Below, in pieces: positions 9,391 through 18,769 of a stretch of 64,000 nt of DNA. Origin of the DNA: Alphaproteobacteria bacterium (GTDB lineage Bacteria > Pseudomonadota > Alphaproteobacteria > JAAXGF01); NCBI GenBank assembly GCA_963555825.3, contig CAUVXB020000001.1, forward strand, positions 1,568,001 through 1,632,000, in the 5' to 3' direction. The notes below the pieces were generated by a model, which saw only the letters and a program-made list of their open reading frames with translations, ran no database searches and had not been told where the DNA came from. The position numbers and the translations under genes are program-made. How positions within the stretch are numbered: position 1 is the stretch's first letter; the number at the start of each line of letters is the position of its first letter.

Positions 9391-10302
9391 TCATGCGGCG
9401 GGCCTGAGTGACATCGCGGTGTGCCACGCCTGACGAGCTTGAGCGGGGCTCAGGTAGCCGTTCTTCTCCACGATCCACTGGGCATTGTACTGTTCGACGA
9501 ACCCGCGGACGGCGTTCCGCAGCTCCGCGATGTTGCGGTAGATGCGGCCATGGATGATCTGTTCCTTGAGCGTGCGATTGAACCTCTCGGCGACGCCGTT
9601 GGTCTGGGGCTGTTCGACGAAGGCGTAGGACGGCTGGATGCCCCAGAACTTGATCTGGTTGGTGAAGTGGTCCGACAGATACTGGGAGCCGTGATCCATC
9701 CGCAAGGCCAGCCCCCGCGCCGCACCGGCGGAGGTCGAGGCATACAGCCTCGCAAGCCCCATGGAGATCGGCTGAAGGGCGGCGAAGCGGTCGCCTCGCT
9801 TGCACACATGCCAGCCGACGCACTCGGCGTTCCAATGCTCGATGGCGGTGAATATCCAGCCCCAGCCGTCGTCCACCGTGAACACCCGAACGCCGTCCGT
9901 GCCCCACATGAGGTTGGGGGCATGGGTGATGATCTCACCGACATGGGGATTTCCGCCACGGCGGCGGCAGCGATGGGGCGAGAGCAGGTTGTTCTCGCGC
10001 ATCACCCGGAGCCCCCGCTTGCGGGAAACACGGATGCCACGACAGACCCGAAGCCGAGCCCAGACCTTGCGGTGTCCCTCGCCCTCCCAGGGGGATGCCT
10101 CCAGGTCGGCCTCGATGGCCACCAGCAGAGCCTCGTCCGAGATCGAGGGCTTCGGTCCCCGGCGCTTTGCTGGTGGGCGCTCAGCGGTGGCCTGCTGCCG
10201 GGATTTCATGGCGTAGAACGAGGAACGGGCAAAACCCCAGGCCGCACAGACCCGCTGGAGGCCGTAGGCCAAACCCGTGCCGGGAGAGGTGGCGGCACTC
10301 AT
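9391..10302 (-). CDS. IS3-family transposase OrfB (rve integrase core)
   Basis: DDE motifs WGTD, RMDHGSQY, NG.AERFNRTLKE; ATGA overlap with OrfA. Confidence 0.92.
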   Translation of the reverse strand: MSAATSPGTGLAYGLQRVCAAWGFARSSFYAMKSRQQATAERPPAKRRGPKPSISDEALLVAIEADLEASPWEGEGHRKVWARLRVCRGIRVSRKRGLRVMRENNLLSPHRCRRRGGNPHVGEIITHAPNLMWGTDGVRVFTVDDGWGWIFTAIEHWNAECVGWHVCKRGDRFAALQPISMGLARLYASTSAGAARGLALRMDHGSQYLSDHFTNQIKFWGIQPSYAFVEQPQTNGVAERFNRTLKEQIIHGRIYRNIAELRNAVRGFVEQYNAQWIVEKNGYLSPAQARQAWHTAMSLRPAA

Positions 10303-10709
10303 CGCCGCGACCTCCGCCGCCCCAAAGGGCCGGACGTCTCCGTCTTGGCCTCCAGCAGTTCCACCTGCATGATCAACTCCCCGATCCGCTTCATGGCGAT
10401 GTCCAGTTCCGCCTTCACCGGATCGCCCTTGCGTTCCTTGAGCGAGGCATCGATCCCGGCGATCGCCTTCTCACGCCACTGCTCGAGCCGGAAAATCTCC
10501 ACGCCCAACTGCCGCGACAAAAGTTCCACCGGCTCGCCACGCAAAAGCCGCAGGGCAACCTCACGCTTGCGCGTCACCGTCCACCGCTGGCCAAGTCCCA
10601 GCGGGCCTGCCGGCGAAACCTGGCCCGGGGAAAACGTGGACGAGCCAAGCTCGCCCTCGTTTACCACAGGCCCATCAACAGCAACTTTGTTCTCAAAATT
10701 GTCGGTCAT
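10299..10709 (-). CDS. IS3-family OrfA (HTH)
   Basis: RW...RKREV.LRLLRGE...LSRQLGV....L..W; AGGAGG RBS. Confidence 0.85.
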   Translation of the reverse strand: MTDNFENKVAVDGPVVNEGELGSSTFSPGQVSPAGPLGLGQRWTVTRKREVALRLLRGEPVELLSRQLGVEIFRLEQWREKAIAGIDASLKERKGDPVKAELDIAMKRIGELIMQVELLEAKTETSGPLGRRRSRR

Positions 10710-10778
10710 GTTCCGGTCCTCCTTGGACACTTCGATTAAGCCAATTCTGTGTCCAAGGAAATCGGGTCCGACTCACCA

Positions 10779-10856
10779 TTTTAAGGGTTGTCCGATACCT
10801 GCCGAACGAGCCAGTGGTAAACGCCCAGAATGACGGGTGTCCGACAACCCCTAAAA
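10779..10856. repeat. imperfect 21-bp inverted repeat (REP-like)
   Basis: TTTTAAGGGTTGTCCGATACC matches the reverse complement of GGTGTCCGACAACCCCTAAAA at 18/21 positions. Confidence 0.7.
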
Positions 10857-11096
10857 AATCGGAAGTCGGTGACGGCCAAGACAACGATCGCTTTCGGGGT
10901 ACGAGCGGACACTCCCGGCCATCCCATTCGTTTCCGGGCATAGTGACAAATAGATGCCACCGTTGGTGAGGGGGTAATCCGGCGTGCACCGCGATTATGC
11001 CGTTGAATTCTCTCTATCATTGTATTATTATTTTTTTTCGTGTTATGATCTAACAGAGCCAAAACCGACTTGGTTGCGGGTCTTTTCCACTCTAGT

Positions 11097-12738
11097 CCGA
11101 CATTCCCCATATACCATCCAAATTCGTGGAAATCGTACCACTTTCCCACCGCCAAGGGAACTGTATCCCCTATGCAGCCATCCGATGGCATGATTTTGGT
11201 AATCGGCCCGCGCTTGGAAGGCCACTCGGTCATTTTTCTCGCCATCCAGACACACCTCTCCTGTCGCTTTCTCCTCGCCGTCGATTCCCTCGGCCTACGC
11301 CGGAGCGGGTCTTCGTCGCAGATCATCAATCAAGCTCAGGATTTTCCGGAACAGGTCCCTCGGCACCGCCACCTCAGCCAATTGGAACGTAACGTAGCGG
11401 CCATGTCGGACAACCTTGGCCCCGATCTTCACCAGCTTGTCGCGCAACGTCGTCATCGACCAGTGCTCCACCTCCTTCGGCAAAGCCAGTGTCCTCATGA
11501 AGTTGCCCAGATTGTAGGCCAGGGCGTGAAGCTGGAGCCGAACGGCATTGTTGCGGAACTTGCGACATGACAGACGGGTCCAGTTGATGGCGTTCTTGCC
11601 TTCCTTGATGTGCTGCTCCGCCGTGCCACGGTGATTATAGAACGCCACCACCCGCTTGGTAGGGCGCGACAGATTAGTGACGATGAAACCGACGCGAGGA
11701 ACCAGCTCGCCGGGGTGCCACTCCACTTTGGCCACGACACGGCGCTTCTTGTTCCACGATCCGGCCTGATAGCTGAAGCTGGCGTGGAAACGGCGAACAT
11801 GGTCGGGCGGGCGACCGACAGGTCGCGTAAGCAGATGGGCAATGTTCCGCTGGAGAATCGCGTTCGCTTTGAGGCGGATGACGTAGAGTAATCCCTCGGC
11901 TTCGAGATATTCGTATATCTCCGGTGAGGCGAAGGCGGCATCGCCACGAAAATACAGCCGCACCTTCCTTTCCTTATAGCGCATCACCACCGGCTCCAGA
12001 ACATTCCGCCATCCGTCGGCACTGTGAACATTACCGGGGCGCAGGGAACATCTCTCCAAGTCGCCGAACTGGTTGAACAGGAATAGCGGATGCTAGCAGG
12101 TACAGCCGAAGTGACCATTGTACGCTGTTCCCTCTTGTTCGCCATGGGTCGGGCTGACGCTGCTGTCCATGTCGAGAATGATCATCTTCGGCGGATGGCG
12201 GTCATGAACCTTGTCGATCCACACCCCGTTCATGTCGACCAAGGCTTCAACGTTCTCGTCGGTGGCCAATAGCTCCGTCTCGAAGCGTCCCATCTGGCTG
12301 GTGGAAGCGGCCTGTCTTTCGATGGCCTTGCCGCCAACAATCCAGCGCATGGCGGGATCGCGTCCCAGACGGTCGGCGTCGTTCACATCGTCATAGCCGC
12401 CAAGGCGCCCGAAAACGGACTGGCGAAACTGACCCGTCATGCCGTGCCATCCGTTCTTGCCGGTACGGCTATCCTGGAAAACACCCTCGGCCATCTCAGT
12501 CAGGCCGAGGGCATCGTCAAGCTCCCGGTAGGCGAGCAACCCGGCATCAGAGGTGATCTTGGAACCGTGGAATTCAAGCTTCAATCGACGGTCAAAAACG
12601 ACCCGAAGGCACCCCGGTTTCGATTCACCCATCGGGTGTGCCATATCCGCCGCTCCATGTATGCTACAACTTCATGATTCTTATAGCAGAATCGCCTTCT
12701 CGCCGCACTGAATATCGACGATACTTGGGAAATGCGGG
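11097..12738 (-). mobile_element. IS1380-family insertion sequence
   Basis: Ends CCGACATTCCCC / GGGAAATGCGGG; 5-bp direct repeat CTAGT at 11092-11096 and 12739-12743. Confidence 0.9.
11295..12644 (-). pseudogene. IS1380 transposase with a single in-frame TAG at 12093-12095
   Basis: ORFs 12093-12644 and 11295-12059 are in the same frame and read FGCTC*HPLFLFNQFGDLERC; motifs ITSDAG, LDMDSS, RGDAAF, RG.AEQ.IKE.K. Confidence 0.9.
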
Positions 12739-13038
12739 CTAGTTGTACAGGCAAGGATGGATAGACCAGGTGAGGAAGAAACTGATGCGTAAATGCGATA
12801 AGCTACTTCCGTGGGTCTTTTCTGGCCTCCTGCTCTTCGCCACACATAACTCGTTGCCGTTAGCACAGGAGCAAACTGCGAAATACGATGTTGGTGCGGA
12901 ATACAATAAACGACAAAAGAACCTTAATACGAGAAGACCTTTTCACAGTTTGTTGTTCAAGCCCGCTTTTCTTTCTCAACCATTTCAAGGATACCTGATT
13001 GGAATTGAGGGCGGGAACCATCCGTTCGTCTCTCATAT

Positions 13039-13112
13039 CGGGAGATTTGAACGATCCGAATATGGGCGGGAGATTTGAACGATCGGGAGATTTGAACGAT
13101 CCGAATATGGGC
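13039..13112. repeat. local tandem duplication (A-B-A-A-B)
   Basis: CGGGAGATTTGAACGAT x3 and CCGAATATGGG x2. Confidence 0.9.
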
Positions 13113-13159
13113 TATTGTATACTTGAGAGAACACCCACCGATCGCCGAAGGCTGTCCTC

Positions 13160-13998
13160 ATGCTACCAGACCGAGAGTGGCGTGAAGGGAAGCAGCGAGA
13201 AGCGATCTCCACCGATATCAGCTACACTGGGCCGGGCGAAGCGGTCCGGGCGCTGGTGTGTGGATTCGCTTCGCCGATCCGGCAAAAGCGACTCTTACTC
13301 ATGTTACAAGCATTCATCGACGACAGCGGCAGCGAGCCGGGGGGCAAGGTTTTTGTTTTGGCTGGGTTGTTGTCCACTGCATCGCAATGGGAGCAATTCT
13401 CCGACGAGTGGGCAGAGATATGCGGGCAAGAGCCGGCAATCGCCGACTTCCACATGGCGCGGGCCTATCGGATAAAGGGCGGCTACTGGGGTGATGGTAC
13501 GCTTGCCGAGTTAACAACCAGACGCGACGCAAAAATACTGGCCCTGGCCGAGGTGGTGCGTAAATACGCCGTGGTACGAGTGTCTTCCGGGGTGACGTGG
13601 CGAGCCTATGAAGCCGCGGCACGCGGCAAAGTGCCTCCCGAGATCGACAGTCCCTACTTCTTCTTGTTCTGGTACATCATTCAGGCCGTTGCGCGGTGGC
13701 AGGAAGACTCAGGCCGTCGGGAAAAGGTTGACTTTATATTCGACGATCAGGGCAAGATCGGCATTACAGCGGTGAGTTGGTATCCCTATTTCCTTGCCGC
13801 GTTTACCGATCAGGAGCGATCCATTCTGGCGGGAACGCCAATCTTCCGTCACGACAGCGACGTGCTCCCGCTAAAGGCCGCCGACATGTGTGCTTGGTAT
13901 CTCCGGCGTGAGATCACCGAGCATGCCCACCACGTTGACCGGGGCGAGGCCTACCAGCGGCACCTTGCGATGGAGGTTCTGTGGGATCTTCCCTATGC
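13160..13998 (+). pseudogene. DUF3800-like protein, 3' end replaced by IS21
   Basis: AFIDDSG...FVLAG, DFH, FIFDDQG, L.AAD..AW; the last ORF codons lie inside the IS21 end; start uncertain. Confidence 0.7.
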
Positions 13999-14189
13999 TG
14001 TCAATGGCGGAGCAAAAAGGGACCACCTCGGCGGTGTAAGAAGGGACCGCTTGGCGGCTGCGGGCTTGTCCCCGTAGTCCACGGGAGGGCCCCGCGCGCG
14101 ACGCGGCGTGCCCTCAACAGGCTGACGCGGCGGCGCGCGCGGGAGGGACCTGTGGGCCCACGGGGTCAAGCGTGGGCTGGGTGGTCGGT

Positions 14190-14954
14190 TCAGTTAGCAG
14201 TCGGGGTTTGACGCCTGCGGCTCTGGTTGAGCCTGTAGCTGTCACCGTTCATCTCGAGGATGTTGACGTGGTGGGTGAGGCGATCGAGGAGCGCGCCGGT
14301 GAGGCGCTCGGAGCCGAACACCTCGGTCCATTCGTCGAAGGGCAGATTGGTGGTGACCAGGGTCGAGCCCCGCTCGTAGCGTTGGCTGAACACCTCGAAC
14401 AACAGCTCGGCGCCGGTCTTCGACAGCGGCACGAAGCCGAGTTCGTCGACGATCAGAAGCTTGTAGGTGGCGAGCTTCTTCTGGAACCTCAGCAGCTGCT
14501 TGTCATCGCGGGCCTCGATGAGTTCGTGGACCAGCGCGGCGGCGGTGATGAAGCCGACCGAGAGGCCCTTCTGGCAGGCCGCCAGGCCGAGACCGAGGGC
14601 GATGTGGGTCTTGCCGGTCCCACTGTTGCCGAGCGCGATGAGGTTCTCGCGGCGCTCGATGTACTCGCAGCGGGCCAGCTCCAGGACCAGCGCCTTGTTG
14701 AGCGAGGGGATGACCTTGAAGTCGAAGCTGTCGAGGCTCTTGACCACGGGGAAGCGCGCCGCCTTGATGCGCCGCTCGACCATGCGGCGCTCGCGGTCGA
14801 TCAGCTCGAGCTCGGCGAGTCTCAACAGGTAGCGGACGTGATCGACGCCTTCCGAGGCGCACTGCCGGGCGATCTTGTCGTACTCGCGCAGGAAGGTCGG
14901 CAGCTTCAGCGTCTTGAGGTGGTGGGCGAGCAGCACTTGCGGTGTGTCGGTCAT
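14190..14954 (-). CDS. istB: IS21 helper ATPase
   Basis: Walker A GNSGTGKT, Walker B LLIVDELG, TTNLPF.EW, LLDRLTHH. Confidence 0.95.
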   Translation of the reverse strand: MTDTPQVLLAHHLKTLKLPTFLREYDKIARQCASEGVDHVRYLLRLAELELIDRERRMVERRIKAARFPVVKSLDSFDFKVIPSLNKALVLELARCEYIERRENLIALGNSGTGKTHIALGLGLAACQKGLSVGFITAAALVHELIEARDDKQLLRFQKKLATYKLLIVDELGFVPLSKTGAELLFEVFSQRYERGSTLVTTNLPFDEWTEVFGSERLTGALLDRLTHHVNILEMNGDSYRLNQSRRRQTPTAN

Positions 14955-16450
14955 GCGCCGAGCCCCGACAGCAGGCTCATGTACGACTTGGCGGACGTCA
15001 TCGCGACCCGGGCGCGCGGCAGATACGGATAGACGTCGAGGTTGAGCCTGGGCGGCCGCCGCTCGATGCGGCACAGTACCAGGTGCTTCACCGCATCAAA
15101 GCCGATTGCGCCGAGCCGCAGGGCGTCGCCGACCGCACCCTCGACCTCCTCGAGCCGGAAGGTCTCCAGTAGACGGAGCACCTGGACGTACTCGCGCTTG
15201 CCTGCCTTGCCCATACGAGCTTCGAGGAGCCGCCGCAGAGTGATGAAGGCCTCGGGCAGGTCCCAGCCCGCCAATGGCGCGGCCTGGTCGAGGGCGCCGA
15301 TCTTCTGCTCGATCAAGGGCAGGTAATGCAGCGGGTCGAAGATCAGGTCCTCGCTGTCGTAGGACCGGCGGTGCCGGGCGATCACCTCGGCCCCGCAGCT
15401 GATCACCACCTCATCGACGTAGCCCCGGATGAGCACCTCACGGTGGCCGTAGGCCACGGGCACGGAATAGTCGTTGCTGCGGTAACGCACCAGCGACAGC
15501 GAACTCGCCCGTCCAGGGCGCTTATCGCAGGCATCATAGGGAGCAGGCGGCAATGGCAAGAGAACTTGACGATCCCGCTCGAGACGCTCGCCGATGGTCT
15601 CCTTGTGGCCCCGCAGCCGCGCCGCCTGGCGCCGGCGGCACTGTTCGGCGAGAGCATCGTTGAGGGCCGCGAAGCTCTCGGCACGCGGGACGGGGACCAG
15701 GAAGTTCCGCCGGATGAAGCCGACCAGTCCCTCGACCTTGCCCTTGTCGTTGCCCTTGCCCGGCCGGCCGAACCTGTCCTCGAACAGATAGTGGGACTGA
15801 AGCTCCGTGAAGACGCGCGTTCGCTGCCGCTTCCCATCGCCCAGGATCCGGGCAACCGCCAGCTTGGTGTTGTCGTACAGGATGGATCGGGGGACGCCGC
15901 CGAAGAAGGCAAACGCCGCGTTGTGGCCATCGCAGAATGCTTCGGTCGTCTCCGCCGGATAGGCCGCAACAAAGCAACCATCACTGTGGGGAAGGTCGAA
16001 GGCAAGGAAGTGGATCTTCCGTAACGCGCCGCCGATCACCGCCATCGCTTCGCCGAAGTCCGCCTGGGCGTGACCGGGGGAATGGGAGAGTGGCACGAAC
16101 ACCTCACGCGACCGAAGCCCCTGCTCACGAACGTAGTCCTTCACGATGGTGTAGCCGCCCGTGAAACCGTACTCGTCCCGGAGGCGGTCGAAGATGCGCT
16201 TCGCAGTGTGCCGTTGCTTGCGGTGGCTGGTCCGATCGTCTTCCAAGATCCGATCGATGATTCCCGTGAACGGACCCAGCTTTGGCCGCCTCGGCGGCGC
16301 GCTTCGGCGATACCCTGGCGGCACCGAGAACGACAGCATCTTACGGACCGTCTTGCGGTCTACACCAAACACCCGCGAGGCCTCGCGGGTGCTCATCCCC
16401 TCGACATGACACGCCCGCCGAACCCGTGCGTACAACTCCACCCGATACAT
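14951..16450 (-). CDS. istA: IS21 transposase
   Basis: N-terminal HTH, AQADFG, YDN.K, KGKVE. Confidence 0.95.
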   Translation of the reverse strand: MYRVELYARVRRACHVEGMSTREASRVFGVDRKTVRKMLSFSVPPGYRRSAPPRRPKLGPFTGIIDRILEDDRTSHRKQRHTAKRIFDRLRDEYGFTGGYTIVKDYVREQGLRSREVFVPLSHSPGHAQADFGEAMAVIGGALRKIHFLAFDLPHSDGCFVAAYPAETTEAFCDGHNAAFAFFGGVPRSILYDNTKLAVARILGDGKRQRTRVFTELQSHYLFEDRFGRPGKGNDKGKVEGLVGFIRRNFLVPVPRAESFAALNDALAEQCRRRQAARLRGHKETIGERLERDRQVLLPLPPAPYDACDKRPGRASSLSLVRYRSNDYSVPVAYGHREVLIRGYVDEVVISCGAEVIARHRRSYDSEDLIFDPLHYLPLIEQKIGALDQAAPLAGWDLPEAFITLRRLLEARMGKAGKREYVQVLRLLETFRLEEVEGAVGDALRLGAIGFDAVKHLVLCRIERRPPRLNLDVYPYLPRARVAMTSAKSYMSLLSGLGA

Positions 16451-16568
16451 CCCCCCCGCCTTCCAGTCAGAGCAACCCTGACAGAAGGCTATACGCGGTC
16501 CCATTTTGGTCCGCCGCAGCCGGATCGACCGGCCGCTTCAGTGGGGGATTATTGCTCTGCCGTTCTCA

Positions 16569-16679
16569 TTCTGGGACGAGATTGCGGCCAATAGCCCCAG
16601 GAGCGCCAGGGTGGTAAAGATTTTCAAGGAATACGCCGAAACCATGGCGAATGCCGGCCGTCCCTATCGCTACGGTTGA
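16569..16679 (+). pseudogene. 3' remnant of TRAP solute-binding protein DctP
   Basis: FWDEIAANSPRSARVVKIFKEYAETMANAGRPYRYG* starts exactly at the IS21 end and lies upstream of dctQM. Confidence 0.7.
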
Positions 16680-16891
16680 ACCGGACGAGGCGGGATTTCC
16701 GCCGCGTAAAGACCTAAGCCCGATGGCCAGGGGACAACGGCGTCTCCTGGCCATCGTCGGCTGTCGTAGCCGAAGGGCGGGCGGCTGTCGCGTCACAGCG
16801 GCGGCCGTTGCCATGTCCCGATCCTTGGTATGAAGCATCCGATCGAAGCCGCAAGACCGACCCGCACGGCCATGACGGAAAAGGGGGCGCC

Positions 16892-17416
16892 ATGCCCAGG
16901 GCCATAAGATTGTACGTGCGATACGTCAACGCCGTGAACCGCGTGGTCGGCCGGTTCGCGATGTACATGATCTTCGCCATGATGGGGTTGCTGCTCTTTT
17001 CGTCCATATCCAAGACGTTCTTCGTTCCCCAGTTATGGACGCTGGAATTGGCCCAGTTCTCGATGGCGGCCTATTACCTGTTGGGCGGCGGCTACTCCAT
17101 GCAGCTCGATTCCCACGTCAGGATGGACCTCGTCTACGGGCGGTGGTCGCCGAAGGGCAAGGGGTTCGTCGACTCAATTACCGCATTCTGCCTCATCTTC
17201 TATCTGGGGCTCCTGCTCTACGGCGGATTTTCCAGCACCGAGTACGCGCTGTATTACGGCGAGACGAGCTATTCGTCATGGTCGCCGCTCATGGCGCCGA
17301 TCAAGATCATCATGACGTTCGGCATCGCGCTGATGCTGTTGCAGGCCATCGCGACATTCTTCAAGGACCTGGCCAGGGCCAAGGGGTTGACCCTCGATGA
17401 GGAGAGCGCGGCATGA
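16892..17416 (+). CDS. TRAP transporter small permease (DctQ)
   Basis: Four TM segments, W..ELAQF, HVRMDL.Y, P...IM..G..LM.LQ. Confidence 0.92.
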   Translation: MPRAIRLYVRYVNAVNRVVGRFAMYMIFAMMGLLLFSSISKTFFVPQLWTLELAQFSMAAYYLLGGGYSMQLDSHVRMDLVYGRWSPKGKGFVDSITAFCLIFYLGLLLYGGFSSTEYALYYGETSYSSWSPLMAPIKIIMTFGIALMLLQAIATFFKDLARAKGLTLDEESAA

Positions 17417-18735
17417 GCTACGGGCTGATCGCCGTGCTGATGTTCTCCTCGATGATGCTCATGCTGCTCACCGGGCAACGCGTGTTCGCCGCCATCGGCT
17501 TCGTCGCCGTCGCGTCGGCGCTCTGGCTGTGGGGCGACGGCGGCTCCGAAATGGCGTTCACCGCCGCCATGAAGCTGATGAAGTGGTATCCGCTGCTGAC
17601 CCTGCCGCTGTTCATCTACATGGGCTACATGTTGTCGGAGTCGGGCATCGCCGACGACCTTTACAAGATGTTCCATGTCTGGTTCGGCCCGGTGCGCGGC
17701 GGCCTGGCGATCGGAACGATCGGCCTGATGGTCATGATTTCGGCCATGAACGGCTTGAGCGTCGCCGGCATGGCGATCGGCGCGACGATCGCCTTGCCGG
17801 AGCTGTTGCGGCGCGGCTATGACAAGATAATGGTCACCGGCGTCATCCAGGCGGGAAGCTCGCTGGGGATATTGGTTCCGCCCAGTGTCGTTCTCGTCCT
17901 CTACGGCATGATCGCCCGGCAACCGATCGGCCAGCTCTGGCTCGCCGGCGTCTTGCCCGGCCTGATGATGGCGACGCTGTTCGTCGCCTACATCGCCATC
18001 CGCTGCTTCATTCAGCCCGAACTGGGCCCGCCGCTGCCGCGCGAAGAGCGTGACGTGGGTTGGGGCGAAAAGCTGCGGCTGCTCAGGGCCGGCATCGTTC
18101 CGCTGTTGATATTCTTCTCGATGACCGGGTTGTTCCTTCTGGGGATCACCAACCTGACCGAGAGTTCGGCCGTCGGCGCGACGACGGCGACGCTGGCCGC
18201 GCTGGTCAAGGGCCGGCTCACCAGGCAGGTGATGGAAGAGACGATCCGCAAGACGCTGGGCATCAGCTGCATGTTCATGTGGATCATCCTGGCCGCGCTA
18301 TGCTTCGGCGCCGTCTTCGATGGGCTCGGCGCGGTCAAGGCGATCGAGGCGTTCTTCATCGGGAGTTTGGGGCTGGGCCCGTGGGAAGTGCTCATCATGA
18401 TGCAGCTCTCCTACCTCCTGATGGGCATGTTCCTCGACGACACGGCGATGCTCGTCATCGTCGCGCCGCTCTACGTGCCGCTGGTCAAGATTCTCGGCTT
18501 CGACCTGGTGTGGTACGGCGTGCTCTATACGATCACCTGCCAGATCGCCTACATGACACCGCCGTTCGGCTACAACCTGTTCCTGATGCGCGCGATGGCG
18601 CCGCCCGAGGTGACGCTGGGCGATATCTACCGCTCGATCATCCCCTTCGTCTTGGTCATGCTGGTCGGCCTGATTCTGGTCATGGTCTTCCCCGAAATCG
18701 CCCTCTGGCTGCCGAAATTGCACTACGGGAATTGA
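17413..18735 (+). CDS. TRAP transporter large permease (DctM)
   Basis: LPLFIYMG, GGLA, LGILVPPS, MTPPFG.NLF. Confidence 0.95.
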   Translation: MSYGLIAVLMFSSMMLMLLTGQRVFAAIGFVAVASALWLWGDGGSEMAFTAAMKLMKWYPLLTLPLFIYMGYMLSESGIADDLYKMFHVWFGPVRGGLAIGTIGLMVMISAMNGLSVAGMAIGATIALPELLRRGYDKIMVTGVIQAGSSLGILVPPSVVLVLYGMIARQPIGQLWLAGVLPGLMMATLFVAYIAIRCFIQPELGPPLPREERDVGWGEKLRLLRAGIVPLLIFFSMTGLFLLGITNLTESSAVGATTATLAALVKGRLTRQVMEETIRKTLGISCMFMWIILAALCFGAVFDGLGAVKAIEAFFIGSLGLGPWEVLIMMQLSYLLMGMFLDDTAMLVIVAPLYVPLVKILGFDLVWYGVLYTITCQIAYMTPPFGYNLFLMRAMAPPEVTLGDIYRSIIPFVLVMLVGLILVMVFPEIALWLPKLHYGN

Positions 18736-18769
18736 CGCTGGCGGCAGGCGGCCGCAATGATGCCAAGGG

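Larger units (their letters stand above)
9356..10775 (-). mobile_element. IS3-family insertion sequence
   Basis: Imperfect terminal IRs TGTATCGCACCCGGTTCCTTGGACACA / TGAGTCGGACCCGATTTCCTTGGACACA; flanking direct repeat CCATTTTAAGGGTT at 9342-9355 and 10776-10789. Confidence 0.9.
13999..16568 (-). mobile_element. IS21-family insertion sequence, complete, no flanking target duplication
   Basis: IRs TGTCAATGGCGGAGCAAAAAGGGACCAC / TGAGAACGGCAGAGCAATAATCCCCCAC; istA and istB present. Confidence 0.95.

Noticed and set aside
10886-10915. CGCTTTCGGGGTACGAGCGGACA, resembling small alphaproteobacterial intergenic repeats
   Set aside because: Single degenerate copy in the window; cannot be supported without a search
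12093-12095. Pyrrolysine or recoded TAG
   Set aside because: TAG is used as a normal stop by many genes here, and no pyl machinery is visible
13039-13112. Mini CRISPR array
   Set aside because: The repeats are 17 bp, the intervening sequence is identical or absent, and there are no cas genes
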